Source of the DNA: Candidatus Omnitrophota bacterium
Lineage (GTDB): Bacteria; Omnitrophota; Gorgyraeia; Duberdicusellales; 4484-171
Assembly: GCA_021735655.1 (NCBI GenBank)
Contig: JAIPGM010000002.1
Coordinates: 160,001 to 224,000, forward strand
Direction: 5' to 3'
DNA length: 64,000 bases
In this document: one piece after another, positions 1 through 8,642 of the stretch
Layout of the letters: the number at the start of each line of letters is the position of its first letter
Position numbering within the stretch: the first letter of the stretch is position 1
Notes under the pieces: model-generated
Databases searched by the model: none
What the model was told of the DNA's origin: nothing
Seen by the model: the letters and a program-made list of their open reading frames with translations, nothing else
Made by a program: the position numbers and the translations under genes

Positions 1-2
1 AA

Positions 3-182
3 CCGTTATTAGTTATCCGAGGTTTTGTGATTAAGCGTATTGATTCCGACGCCCCACTCGGTGAGCCTATCGCCGGGACACCTTTTTTTAAAATACCGGA
101 AGTTACCGGAGATGAGCGTAATTTAGAGGTAGAGCTGATTTTATCTTCTTTCTCAGAACTTTCACCCGATGGGGGGATATAG
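3..182 (+). CDS. C-terminal fragment of an upstream ORF (partial, unknown function)
   Basis: Frame 3 is open from the window edge to TAG at 180-182 (..ELSPDGGI*). No homology is recognisable by eye. It lies directly upstream of the PilX-like gene. Confidence 0.3.
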   Translation, partial: PLLVIRGFVIKRIDSDAPLGEPIAGTPFFKIPEVTGDERNLEVELILSSFSELSPDGGI

Positions 183-249
183 ATGATAGAGTGGCGTTAA
201 TTTTAAATTTTTTCATACCTGCCTTTTTGGTTTACATTTTCCTAGAAAG

Positions 250-3200
250 ATGAAATTAAAAACAAGCAAAACCCAAACTTTACTTTATGTCGGGTTTGTT
301 CTTTTGGCTGTTGCTATGATTACGACAATAGTCATAACCGGTACAATAAGCAGCATAAAAACCGCCAATCAACAGGGCAAGGGGGCTGAAGCTTATCAAT
401 TGGCTATGGCTGGTATTGAACGAGCTAAGACCGAATTAACTGCTAATTGGGATACTTGGACTATGGATACTCTTTTGGATGAGGATCCACATCGCGGAGA
501 TACAACTGGTTTAGATGAAACCGAAGCTCTCGGAGAAGGACAATATTGGGTTCGGGTTTTAGACACTGTTCCGGCTGATCCTGATAAGTTATGGATTATT
601 TCTCATGGCTGGGTGGATGATGCCCATCGGATTATTGAGGTCGAGTTCCAACGGCCTACGGTAGCTGCGCTTGATCCGAGCTTGGTTGCTCACTACCCCT
701 TTGAAGGCGATGCAACTGACTTAAGCATTTATGAAAATCACGGAATTGAAGCTGGAAATATTGCCTATGGCGTTGGTAAATTTGGCCGAGCTAAAAGATT
801 TGACGGAAACGGTGACTATGTTGATTGCGGCACTGATCCAAGTTTGGACTTAGGGGGTTCTTTTACCATTAGCGCTTGGGTTAATCCTACTGTTTTAGAA
901 AGTTATGCTGGCATTGTTAGTAAAGATTCTAATAGATGGTCTCCCTACAGTTATATGGCTGTAACTCATGGTTCCTATATGGGTATTTTTGATAATGCCG
1001 CCTGGCGGTTCTCTGCCCCAGGGGTGATCAGCGCCAACACTTGGCATCATCTTGTTTGGGTTCATCAATCTGGTACGGTCACACTTTATGTAGACCGAGC
1101 ACTTGTCGGCACAAGTCTTATGCTTGACACTGACGACCCCAATGATAATACTTATATCGGTAGTTGGTATTCAGGACACACGGCTTATGATTTTAATGGT
1201 TATATCGATGAAGTTAAGATTTGGAACCGGGCGCTGAATATAGCTGAGATTGAGGCAGAAAACCGGCGCACAGACCCGATCGCCCACTACCCCTTTGAAG
1301 GTAATGCCTTTGATGCTAGTGGTAATGGAAATAACGGAACCGAAGGCGGAGACATTGCCTATTCTACCGGTAAAATTGACCAGGCTAAAAATTTTGATGG
1401 TAGCGGAGATTATGCCTTAATACCGGCAACAAGCAATTTTGATCTTCAAGATATGACTATTTCTTGTTGGACCTATTCTGATAATTATGATGCTAATATG
1501 TTTATGTTTGAAAAAACTACCAATGACAGCGTTAATACTCAGTATTCGTTATTTTTTAATGGTGGTGGAAGCAGTAGTCAAATTTATTTTCGTACCTACG
1601 GCCTTTCTGCCGTAAATCTTGTAGCTACCGATCATGCTAACGGTCCAGTAGATGGTCAATACAATCATATTGCTGCTACCTATACTTCGGCAACTGGCAC
1701 AAAGAAGATATATTGTAATGGTAACGAAATAGCCACGGTTAGCGGCCTTAGCGGAACAATCAATACAAATCCGGCTGGTACGTCTTGGATTGGAGCTTAT
1801 GGCGGTGGAGCAGGATATCCTTTTAATGGCCAAATTGACGATCTTAAAATTTGGAACCGAGCATTGACTGCCGATGAAGTTAGGGCCGAATTTATCGAAG
1901 GAAATGATGGTTTGGTCGCTTACTATCCTTTTGAGGGGAATGCCAATGATCTAAGCGGCATCGGAAATCACGGAACTCAATTTGGAAACGTTTCTTATGG
2001 CACTGGAAAGTTCGGTCGAGCTAAATTTTTTGACGGAAGCGGTGATTATGTTGATTGCGGCAGCGATTCAAGTCTTGATTTTAGTAACGCTTTTACGATT
2101 AGCGCCTGGATTAATCCAACTACCTTAAAAAACTATGCTGGTGTTGTTTCTAAAGATTCTAATCGATGGTCACCTTATAGTTATATGGCGGTTTCTCATG
2201 GTTCCGGGTATATGGGGATTTATAGTGGTGGTTGGCTGTGGGCTGCAGCTAGTCCCGGATTAATTCAAGTTAATAACTGGTCTCATCTTACCTGGGTTTA
2301 TCAGAATAACCTAATTTATTTTTATATTGATGGGGCACCGGTAGGCACAAGTGCTATGGCCTACACCGATGACCCCAATGATAATACTTATATCGGTAGT
2401 TGGTATTCCGGTGGTACTGGTTATGATTTTAGGGGTTACATCGATGAAGTTAAGATTTGGAACAAGGCTCTAAGTGCTGATGAAATTGCCGAGAATTATC
2501 GTGGTGGGGTGACTGCCCAATCAATAAGGCAGGGCTTAGTCGCTGACTATCCTTTTGAAAATAATAGCTGGGCTGATTTAAGCGGTTTAGGAAATGATGG
2601 TACAGCTCAAGGAGGTGCTTCTTTTGTCGCTGATGGACAAGTCGGCCAGGCTGCTAGTTTTGATGGTATTAATGATCGTGTAATTGTTGATGATGACCCG
2701 TCCATATCTGGATTAAATGCGGTGACAGTTTCAGCCTGGATTAGGGCTCAAGATTTTGGTGTCGGCGGTGATTATAATTTTGTTGCTACTAAATCTAATT
2801 GGGATGACAATCGGGAGTATAGGATAAGAATTGAGAATGGAAATACCCTTGTCTGGCATATAAGTAATGATGGTAATGATCCAGGAGGTGCAGAGAATTC
2901 GATCCCGGTCGCTGGAAACCTAAACCTTAATCAATGGCACCATCTAGTCGGAACTTATAGTGATACGGATTCTTTATGTAGACTTTATGTTGATGGTAGT
3001 CTTAAAGACACTGACACCTGTGAAGCTGGAGGTATTTTTAATGGTACGGCCAATCTTGCTATTGGTGGCTCCGGCGATAATGGGGCCAGCGGGAATCAAG
3101 ATGACTTCCATGGTCGAGTCGATGAAGTTAAGATTTGGAACCGAGCTTTAGGGGTAGATGAAATTGAATGGCTTTATGCTAATGAGGTTGGAAATAACGG

Positions 3201-5061
3201 CTTAGTTGCTTATTATCCTCTTGAAAATAGCCTCGCTGATCTAAGCGGTAACGGAAATACCGCAACTACCAATGGCCTTAGCTTTACTTCTGGCAAATTC
3301 GGCCGGGGGGCCAGCTTTGACGGAAATGATTACATGCAAGTTCTTTCTTCAGCAAGCCTACCTTGGGGCGGGGCGTTACGGACTAACTATTCAATTGCTT
3401 ATTGGTTTAAGACTAGTGATCCGTATTCTGGTTTGCATGGTGTATATTCATTAGCTGCCGGAAGTAACGGGCATGATCGGCATCTTTATCTTTGGGCTGG
3501 TAATACTTATCAAAGAGTTTGGAGCAATCAGGTTATCAATACCCTAGGGGAGAATTATGCTGATAGTAAGTGGCACCATGTTGTTCAGTGGCTTAAATCT
3601 GGTGTTGCCCAAAGGACTTATATTGATGGCAAAGCAGTAGCTGCCGGATCAAAACATACCTCAGATTTCACCTGGCCGGATCGAATTTGGTTTGGTCATT
3701 CGGCTGACCGGGGTTATTTTACCGGGCTTCTTGATGATATCCGAATTTACAATCGGCCTTTATTCGATTTTGAAATTAAAAACTTAGCTAGCGGTTTAGT
3801 CGCCTATTACCCTTTTGAGGGCAATGCAACTGATGCTAGCGGGAATGGAAATCATGGAACTGAAGAAGGTGGCGTTTCTTATAGTGAAGCTGAGCCTGAT
3901 CGGGCTGCTGTTTTTGATGGTAGTAATGATTGCGTCAGCGTGAACAGTTTTGGTAATTTTGAAACAATGACCGTGTCAGCTATGGTTTACCGAACCGGCG
4001 CTACCAGCGCCCGAGAAAGCATAGTTTCCTACAAGGAAGGAGCTGGAGTAAATCAAGGTTTTGTGCTTTGTCTGAATGAAAACGGCTCTAGTCAATATCC
4101 ACGAATTTATGTTCAGGTCAATGGTGTTTGGCGAGCAGTCGAGCAGACCGTAGCGATCCCTCTGAATACTTGGGTCCATTTGGCAGCTTCTTATGATGGT
4201 ACAACCATAAGACTTTATCGAGACGGTGTTCAAGTTGCCTCTGGTAACTATGCCGGGAGTATGACTAATGATGGCTCACAGATGATCGGTATTGGTGCCC
4301 GGGCAAGTTTAAATACATATTGGTTTCCTGGGCAGATTGATGAGGTTAAAATTTGGAGCAGTGCTTTGGGTGCTGATGATATTAAAACTGAATATATTGA
4401 AGCAAATAATGGTCTAGTTGCTTACTACCCATTTGAGGGTGATGCGACTGATTTGAGTGGCTTGGGAAATCATGGAGTTGAAAGTGGGAATATTGCTTAT
4501 CTTCCCGGTAAATTCAGCCAGGCTAAGAATTTTGACGGAAACAATGATTATGTTAATTGTGGTAGTGATTTAAGCCTTGATTTAGGCGATTCTTTTACGA
4601 TTAGTGCTTGGATTAATCCCACGGTTTTAAAAAATTATGCTGGCATTGTTAGTAAAGATTCTAATCGAGGGGCACCCTACAGCTATCTGGCTGTTTCTCA
4701 TGGTTTAGGGTATATGGGTATTTATAATAATGCTGTCTGGCAGTGGTCTCATCCAGGATTAATTAGTACTGGTAAATGGCAGAATGTTATTTGGTTGCAT
4801 AAAAATGGTCAGCTTGGCTTTTTTGTCGATGGGGTATTATTTAATGTGATTTCGATGACTTATCCCGATGATCCTAGCGACAATACTTACATCGGCAGTT
4901 GGTCTCCCAGTTATGATTTTAATGGTTTAATTGATGACGTTAAAATTTGGAATCGAGCTATTTCCGATAAAGAAATCGGTGAGATAGTGGTGGATCCTTC
5001 ATCAGTTTCTACGCCGGCAGAAGGCCTTAAACCAGTATCTGGTACTTGGGGGGAAAGGTAA
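250..5061 (+). CDS. Giant secreted/pilus-associated protein: PilX_N-like minor-pilin N-terminal domain fused to 7 tandem LamG (Laminin_G_3 / concanavalin A-like lectin) repeats
   Basis: ORF of 1603 aa. The N-terminus has a hydrophobic helix followed by AEAYQLAMAGIERAKTEL, which resembles the PilX_N motif (..AFYAAEAGLE..). Seven ~200-aa repeats follow, each starting LVAYYPFEGNA.D.SG.GNHG and ending ..DEVKIWNRAL...EI, the classic Laminin_G_3 signature. Confidence 0.8.
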   Translation: MKLKTSKTQTLLYVGFVLLAVAMITTIVITGTISSIKTANQQGKGAEAYQLAMAGIERAKTELTANWDTWTMDTLLDEDPHRGDTTGLDETEALGEGQYWVRVLDTVPADPDKLWIISHGWVDDAHRIIEVEFQRPTVAALDPSLVAHYPFEGDATDLSIYENHGIEAGNIAYGVGKFGRAKRFDGNGDYVDCGTDPSLDLGGSFTISAWVNPTVLESYAGIVSKDSNRWSPYSYMAVTHGSYMGIFDNAAWRFSAPGVISANTWHHLVWVHQSGTVTLYVDRALVGTSLMLDTDDPNDNTYIGSWYSGHTAYDFNGYIDEVKIWNRALNIAEIEAENRRTDPIAHYPFEGNAFDASGNGNNGTEGGDIAYSTGKIDQAKNFDGSGDYALIPATSNFDLQDMTISCWTYSDNYDANMFMFEKTTNDSVNTQYSLFFNGGGSSSQIYFRTYGLSAVNLVATDHANGPVDGQYNHIAATYTSATGTKKIYCNGNEIATVSGLSGTINTNPAGTSWIGAYGGGAGYPFNGQIDDLKIWNRALTADEVRAEFIEGNDGLVAYYPFEGNANDLSGIGNHGTQFGNVSYGTGKFGRAKFFDGSGDYVDCGSDSSLDFSNAFTISAWINPTTLKNYAGVVSKDSNRWSPYSYMAVSHGSGYMGIYSGGWLWAAASPGLIQVNNWSHLTWVYQNNLIYFYIDGAPVGTSAMAYTDDPNDNTYIGSWYSGGTGYDFRGYIDEVKIWNKALSADEIAENYRGGVTAQSIRQGLVADYPFENNSWADLSGLGNDGTAQGGASFVADGQVGQAASFDGINDRVIVDDDPSISGLNAVTVSAWIRAQDFGVGGDYNFVATKSNWDDNREYRIRIENGNTLVWHISNDGNDPGGAENSIPVAGNLNLNQWHHLVGTYSDTDSLCRLYVDGSLKDTDTCEAGGIFNGTANLAIGGSGDNGASGNQDDFHGRVDEVKIWNRALGVDEIEWLYANEVGNNGLVAYYPLENSLADLSGNGNTATTNGLSFTSGKFGRGASFDGNDYMQVLSSASLPWGGALRTNYSIAYWFKTSDPYSGLHGVYSLAAGSNGHDRHLYLWAGNTYQRVWSNQVINTLGENYADSKWHHVVQWLKSGVAQRTYIDGKAVAAGSKHTSDFTWPDRIWFGHSADRGYFTGLLDDIRIYNRPLFDFEIKNLASGLVAYYPFEGNATDASGNGNHGTEEGGVSYSEAEPDRAAVFDGSNDCVSVNSFGNFETMTVSAMVYRTGATSARESIVSYKEGAGVNQGFVLCLNENGSSQYPRIYVQVNGVWRAVEQTVAIPLNTWVHLAASYDGTTIRLYRDGVQVASGNYAGSMTNDGSQMIGIGARASLNTYWFPGQIDEVKIWSSALGADDIKTEYIEANNGLVAYYPFEGDATDLSGLGNHGVESGNIAYLPGKFSQAKNFDGNNDYVNCGSDLSLDLGDSFTISAWINPTVLKNYAGIVSKDSNRGAPYSYLAVSHGLGYMGIYNNAVWQWSHPGLISTGKWQNVIWLHKNGQLGFFVDGVLFNVISMTYPDDPSDNTYIGSWSPSYDFNGLIDDVKIWNRAISDKEIGEIVVDPSSVSTPAEGLKPVSGTWGER

Positions 5062-5156
5062 GTTAAGCTAGTTTTATAAATTTCGGTTGTAAATTACTCC
5101 TGCCTATTATATAATCCCTTTGATTAGGTACAGGTTCTATTTTTTTAACTTTAAAT

Positions 5157-7784
5157 ATGGAAATTTCTTCACGCTACAACCACAAGGAAATTGAGCCAAA
5201 AATTCTAAAAAAATGGCTCGAGAGCACACTATTTAAGGCGACTAAGTCTAAACAGCCGGCCTATTCAATAGTCATTCCGCCACCGAATGTTACCGGAATT
5301 CTGCACATGGGCCATGCTTTAAATAACACTATTCAGGATATTCTAATTCGCTATAAGCGAATGCAGGGGTATCAGGCGCTCTGGATGCCAGGCACTGATC
5401 ATGCTGGAATTGCTACTCAGAATGTAGTTGAAAAAAAATTAGCTAAACAAGGGCTAAAAAAAGAAGATATTGGCCGAGAAGAGTTTTTAAAGCAGCTTTG
5501 GGCCTGGAGAGATCAATACGGTTCAACGATTATTGATCAGCTTAAAAAGCTTGGTTCTAGTTGTGATTGGTCAAGAACCCGGTTTACTATGGATGAAGGT
5601 TATTCTAAAGCCGTAACTCGAGTTTTTGTTGAGCTTTGGAAGAAGAAGCTAATTTATCAAGGTGATTATATTATAAACTGGTGTCCGCGCTGTAAAACCG
5701 CACTCAGTGATGAAGAAGCTCCTCATCAGCAACGAGAAGGATCTTTGTATTATATAAAATATCCGATCAAAGGATCTGATGATTTTGTAGTTGTGGCTAC
5801 AACTCGTCCGGAGACTATGCTTGGAGATACCGCGGTTGCGATAAATCCTAAAGATAAAAGATATAAGTCGATTTTAGGTCAAACCATAATTCTTCCTTTG
5901 ACTGGTCGGGAAATTAAGGTAATCAGCGATGAATTTGTTGATCCGGGGTTTGGAACTGGAGCAGTCAAGGTAACCCCGGCCCATGATCCTAATGATTTTG
6001 AGATTGGTCAACGACATAAATTACCTTCAGTTTTAGTTATGAGCCCTGATGGATCGATGAATGAAAATGCTGCTGGTTATCAGGGTATGGACCGATTTGA
6101 GGCCAGAGAAGCGATATTACAGGAGTTAACTAAGCAAAAATTACTTGAAAAAACCGAGCCTCATTCTTATTCGGTCGGCCAATGTTATCGTTGTGATACT
6201 TTAGTTGAGCCATATTTGTCGCGTCAGTGGTTTGTTAAGATGAAACCTTTAGCCAAGCCAGCAATTAAGGCAGTCAAAAATGGTGAAATTAAATTCCACC
6301 CTTCTAGATGGACTAAAGTATACCTTAATTGGATGGAAAATATTCGTGATTGGTGTATCTCACGGCAAATTTGGTGGGGCCATAGGATTCCGATTTATTA
6401 TTGTCGAGATTGCCAGAAGGAAGTGATCGCTGCCGAAGTAAAGCCAAAAAAATGTCGTCAGTGTGGATCAACGAATTTATGGCAAGATGAGAATGTTCTT
6501 GATACTTGGTTTTCATCCTGGCTTTGGCCGTTTGCTACTTTTGGCTGGCCGGAAAAATCGTCAAAAAAAGAATTAGACTATTTTTATCCGACTGATGTTT
6601 TAGTTACCGCGCCGGAAATAATTTTTTTCTGGGTAGCTCGGATGATTATGGCCGGGTTTGAATTCACCGGCAAAAAGCCGTTTAGTGATGTTTTTATTCA
6701 CGGAACGGTTAGAGACAAGACTGGAAAAAAGATGTCTAAGTCTTTAGGTAATACTATTGATCCTTTAGGGGTTATTGATAATTTTGGCGCCGATGCTTTG
6801 CGCTTTTCTATAACTCTTTGTGCTGCAAGTGGTTCCGATGTTTATCTTTCTGATGAAAAATTTTTGGTTGGTCGAAATTTTTGTAATAAAATTTGGAATT
6901 CGGTTCGATTTATTTTCTTAAAAATTGAACAGGCAAATTTTAAAATTGATGATTTAGAAAATGTCGAAAAGGCAGCAGTTGATAAATGGATATTAGATAA
7001 ATTATCTGAGGCGATCGATGAAATTTCTGCTAGTTTAGATAAGTATCGCTTAAATGATGCCGCTAAAAAGATATATGATTTTTTTTGGCATGATTTTTGT
7101 GATTGGTATATCGAAATAATAAAAGATGACTTTAACTTAACCCGGGCAAAAGTTTCTCTAAAAGTATTGCTTTCGGCAATGAAGCTGCTTCATCCGATTA
7201 TGCCTTTTATAACTGAAGAGGTGTTCAGTTTAATTAAGCAAAATACTAACCTTAGTTTAGATGAGAGCATAGTGGTTTCTAGCTGGTCTAAACCGGATAA
7301 GAAAATCAGCCAAAAAGAAATTATTGAAATTCAGACTTTGGTCGCAACGATTAAGGAAATAAGAAATATCAAGGCGATTTTAGGTATCACTACTAAAAAA
7401 ACAGTTTTAGAGGCGAGGGCTAGTGATAATCGACTTTCTTTTTTGAAGGAAAACCAAGCTTGGTTAAAGCGGTTAACTTTTTCAGAAAGCATTGAATTCA
7501 AGAATGCTGCTGGTGCGGAAAAATTATCGCGAGTTCTTTATGATTCTGGTTTGTGGGAGATTAATTTAGCAGTTAAGGATATTGAGAAGTCAAACTTTGT
7601 CGCTGCACTTAGTAAGAAAATTGAGTCAAAGACAGTGGTTTTAACTAAGATTCAAAAAAGACTTGCTAGTGAGCAATTTAGAAAAAATGCACCACTCGAT
7701 AAAGTTCAGGAGGCAGAAACAGCAGTTACAGATTTATTAACTGAGGTTAACCGAATTAAGGATTTAAAAAATGCTTTTAACTAA
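5157..7784 (+). CDS. valS: Valine--tRNA ligase
   Basis: 875 aa. Class I aaRS HMGH motif (LHMGHALN) and KMSKS (KMSKSLGN). Editing-domain and anticodon-binding regions are typical of ValRS. Confidence 0.93.
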   Translation: MEISSRYNHKEIEPKILKKWLESTLFKATKSKQPAYSIVIPPPNVTGILHMGHALNNTIQDILIRYKRMQGYQALWMPGTDHAGIATQNVVEKKLAKQGLKKEDIGREEFLKQLWAWRDQYGSTIIDQLKKLGSSCDWSRTRFTMDEGYSKAVTRVFVELWKKKLIYQGDYIINWCPRCKTALSDEEAPHQQREGSLYYIKYPIKGSDDFVVVATTRPETMLGDTAVAINPKDKRYKSILGQTIILPLTGREIKVISDEFVDPGFGTGAVKVTPAHDPNDFEIGQRHKLPSVLVMSPDGSMNENAAGYQGMDRFEAREAILQELTKQKLLEKTEPHSYSVGQCYRCDTLVEPYLSRQWFVKMKPLAKPAIKAVKNGEIKFHPSRWTKVYLNWMENIRDWCISRQIWWGHRIPIYYCRDCQKEVIAAEVKPKKCRQCGSTNLWQDENVLDTWFSSWLWPFATFGWPEKSSKKELDYFYPTDVLVTAPEIIFFWVARMIMAGFEFTGKKPFSDVFIHGTVRDKTGKKMSKSLGNTIDPLGVIDNFGADALRFSITLCAASGSDVYLSDEKFLVGRNFCNKIWNSVRFIFLKIEQANFKIDDLENVEKAAVDKWILDKLSEAIDEISASLDKYRLNDAAKKIYDFFWHDFCDWYIEIIKDDFNLTRAKVSLKVLLSAMKLLHPIMPFITEEVFSLIKQNTNLSLDESIVVSSWSKPDKKISQKEIIEIQTLVATIKEIRNIKAILGITTKKTVLEARASDNRLSFLKENQAWLKRLTFSESIEFKNAAGAEKLSRVLYDSGLWEINLAVKDIEKSNFVAALSKKIESKTVVLTKIQKRLASEQFRKNAPLDKVQEAETAVTDLLTEVNRIKDLKNAFN

Positions 7785-8637
7785 AGAAATCAGAAAGACT
7801 ATTGTTTTGGCTTTAAATGAAGATTCGGCGAGAAGAGATATTACTACTAGCTTAGCGATTCCAAAAGCCACTAGGATTAAGGTGGAGATCATTGCTAAAG
7901 AAAAGGGTTTACTCTGCGGCATCGAGGTAGCAAAAGCAGTTTTTAAGCAGATTAATAAAAAAGTAATTTTTAAAGCACTAAAGAAGGACGGTGCGACTTT
8001 AAAGCCTGGACAAAGAGTTGCAATAATTGCCGCCAGAGCTAGGGATATTTTAGCTGCTGAGAGAGTAGCTTTAAACTTCCTTTCGTTTTTATCGGCTGTA
8101 GCAACTAACACTGAAAAATTTGTTCATCAATCAAAGGGTAATAAAGCGATAATTATGGATACCCGTAAAACCATACCTAACTTGCGCCAGTTGCAAAGAT
8201 ATGCAGTTTTAGTAGGTGGAGGCCGCAATCATCGTAGTTGTTTATCGGGAGCGGTTTTAATTAAAGATAATCACTTAAGAATTGGCCGATATCTAAATAA
8301 GGGTAAATTAGACGATAAAAAGATTGCTAAGTTAGTTAAAAATTTTAGAAAGAAATCTTCTGGCAAAATTGAAATTGAAATTGAAGAATTATCTGAATTC
8401 CGCCAGGTTGCTCAAGCTAAGCCGGATATTATTATGCTTGATAACTTCTCTTTAGCTGATTTAAAAAAAGCGGTAAGTATGCGCAATGAAAGTTTCCCGA
8501 GACTAAAGCTAGAGGCTTCAGGCGGAATAACCTTAAAGAATGTCCGGGCGGTTGCTCGTAGCGGAGTAGACCGGATATCTATTGGTTGCCTAACGCACTC
8601 CCTAAAATCTATCGATTTCTCATTAGAAGTAATATAG
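7771..8637 (+). CDS. nadC: Nicotinate-nucleotide (quinolinate) pyrophosphorylase
   Basis: 288 aa with the NadC/QAPRTase fold pattern (..AARARDILAAERVALNFLSFLSAVAT.., LVGGGRNHR, IKDNHL, EASGGI). Its start overlaps the end of valS. Confidence 0.8.
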   Translation: MLLTKEIRKTIVLALNEDSARRDITTSLAIPKATRIKVEIIAKEKGLLCGIEVAKAVFKQINKKVIFKALKKDGATLKPGQRVAIIAARARDILAAERVALNFLSFLSAVATNTEKFVHQSKGNKAIIMDTRKTIPNLRQLQRYAVLVGGGRNHRSCLSGAVLIKDNHLRIGRYLNKGKLDDKKIAKLVKNFRKKSSGKIEIEIEELSEFRQVAQAKPDIIMLDNFSLADLKKAVSMRNESFPRLKLEASGGITLKNVRAVARSGVDRISIGCLTHSLKSIDFSLEVI

Positions 8638-8642
8638 TTTAG

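Noticed and set aside
1549-4233. Antisense small ORFs inside the LamG gene (1549..1833 -, 3976..4233 -, plus + frame ORFs 2960..3151 and 3272..3454)
   Set aside because: They lie entirely within, and out of frame with, a long well-supported repeat-containing CDS. They are low-complexity translations with no start context. They are typical shadow ORFs.
250-5061. Possible CRISPR-like or intergenic repeat array suggested by the recurring ~21-38 nt identical DNA segments
   Set aside because: The repeats are in-frame pieces of homologous LamG coding modules, with variable long spacings of ~1.2 kb. There are no short regular spacers or cas genes. They are coding tandem domains, not a CRISPR array.
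7764-8111. 115-aa - strand ORF antisense to nadC, and similar antisense ORFs (6325..6516, 8412..8690, 10058..10381, 12471..13295, 15720..17417, etc.)
   Set aside because: All are antisense to strongly supported housekeeping genes, have no upstream signals, and are hydrophobic or low-complexity. Treated as non-coding.
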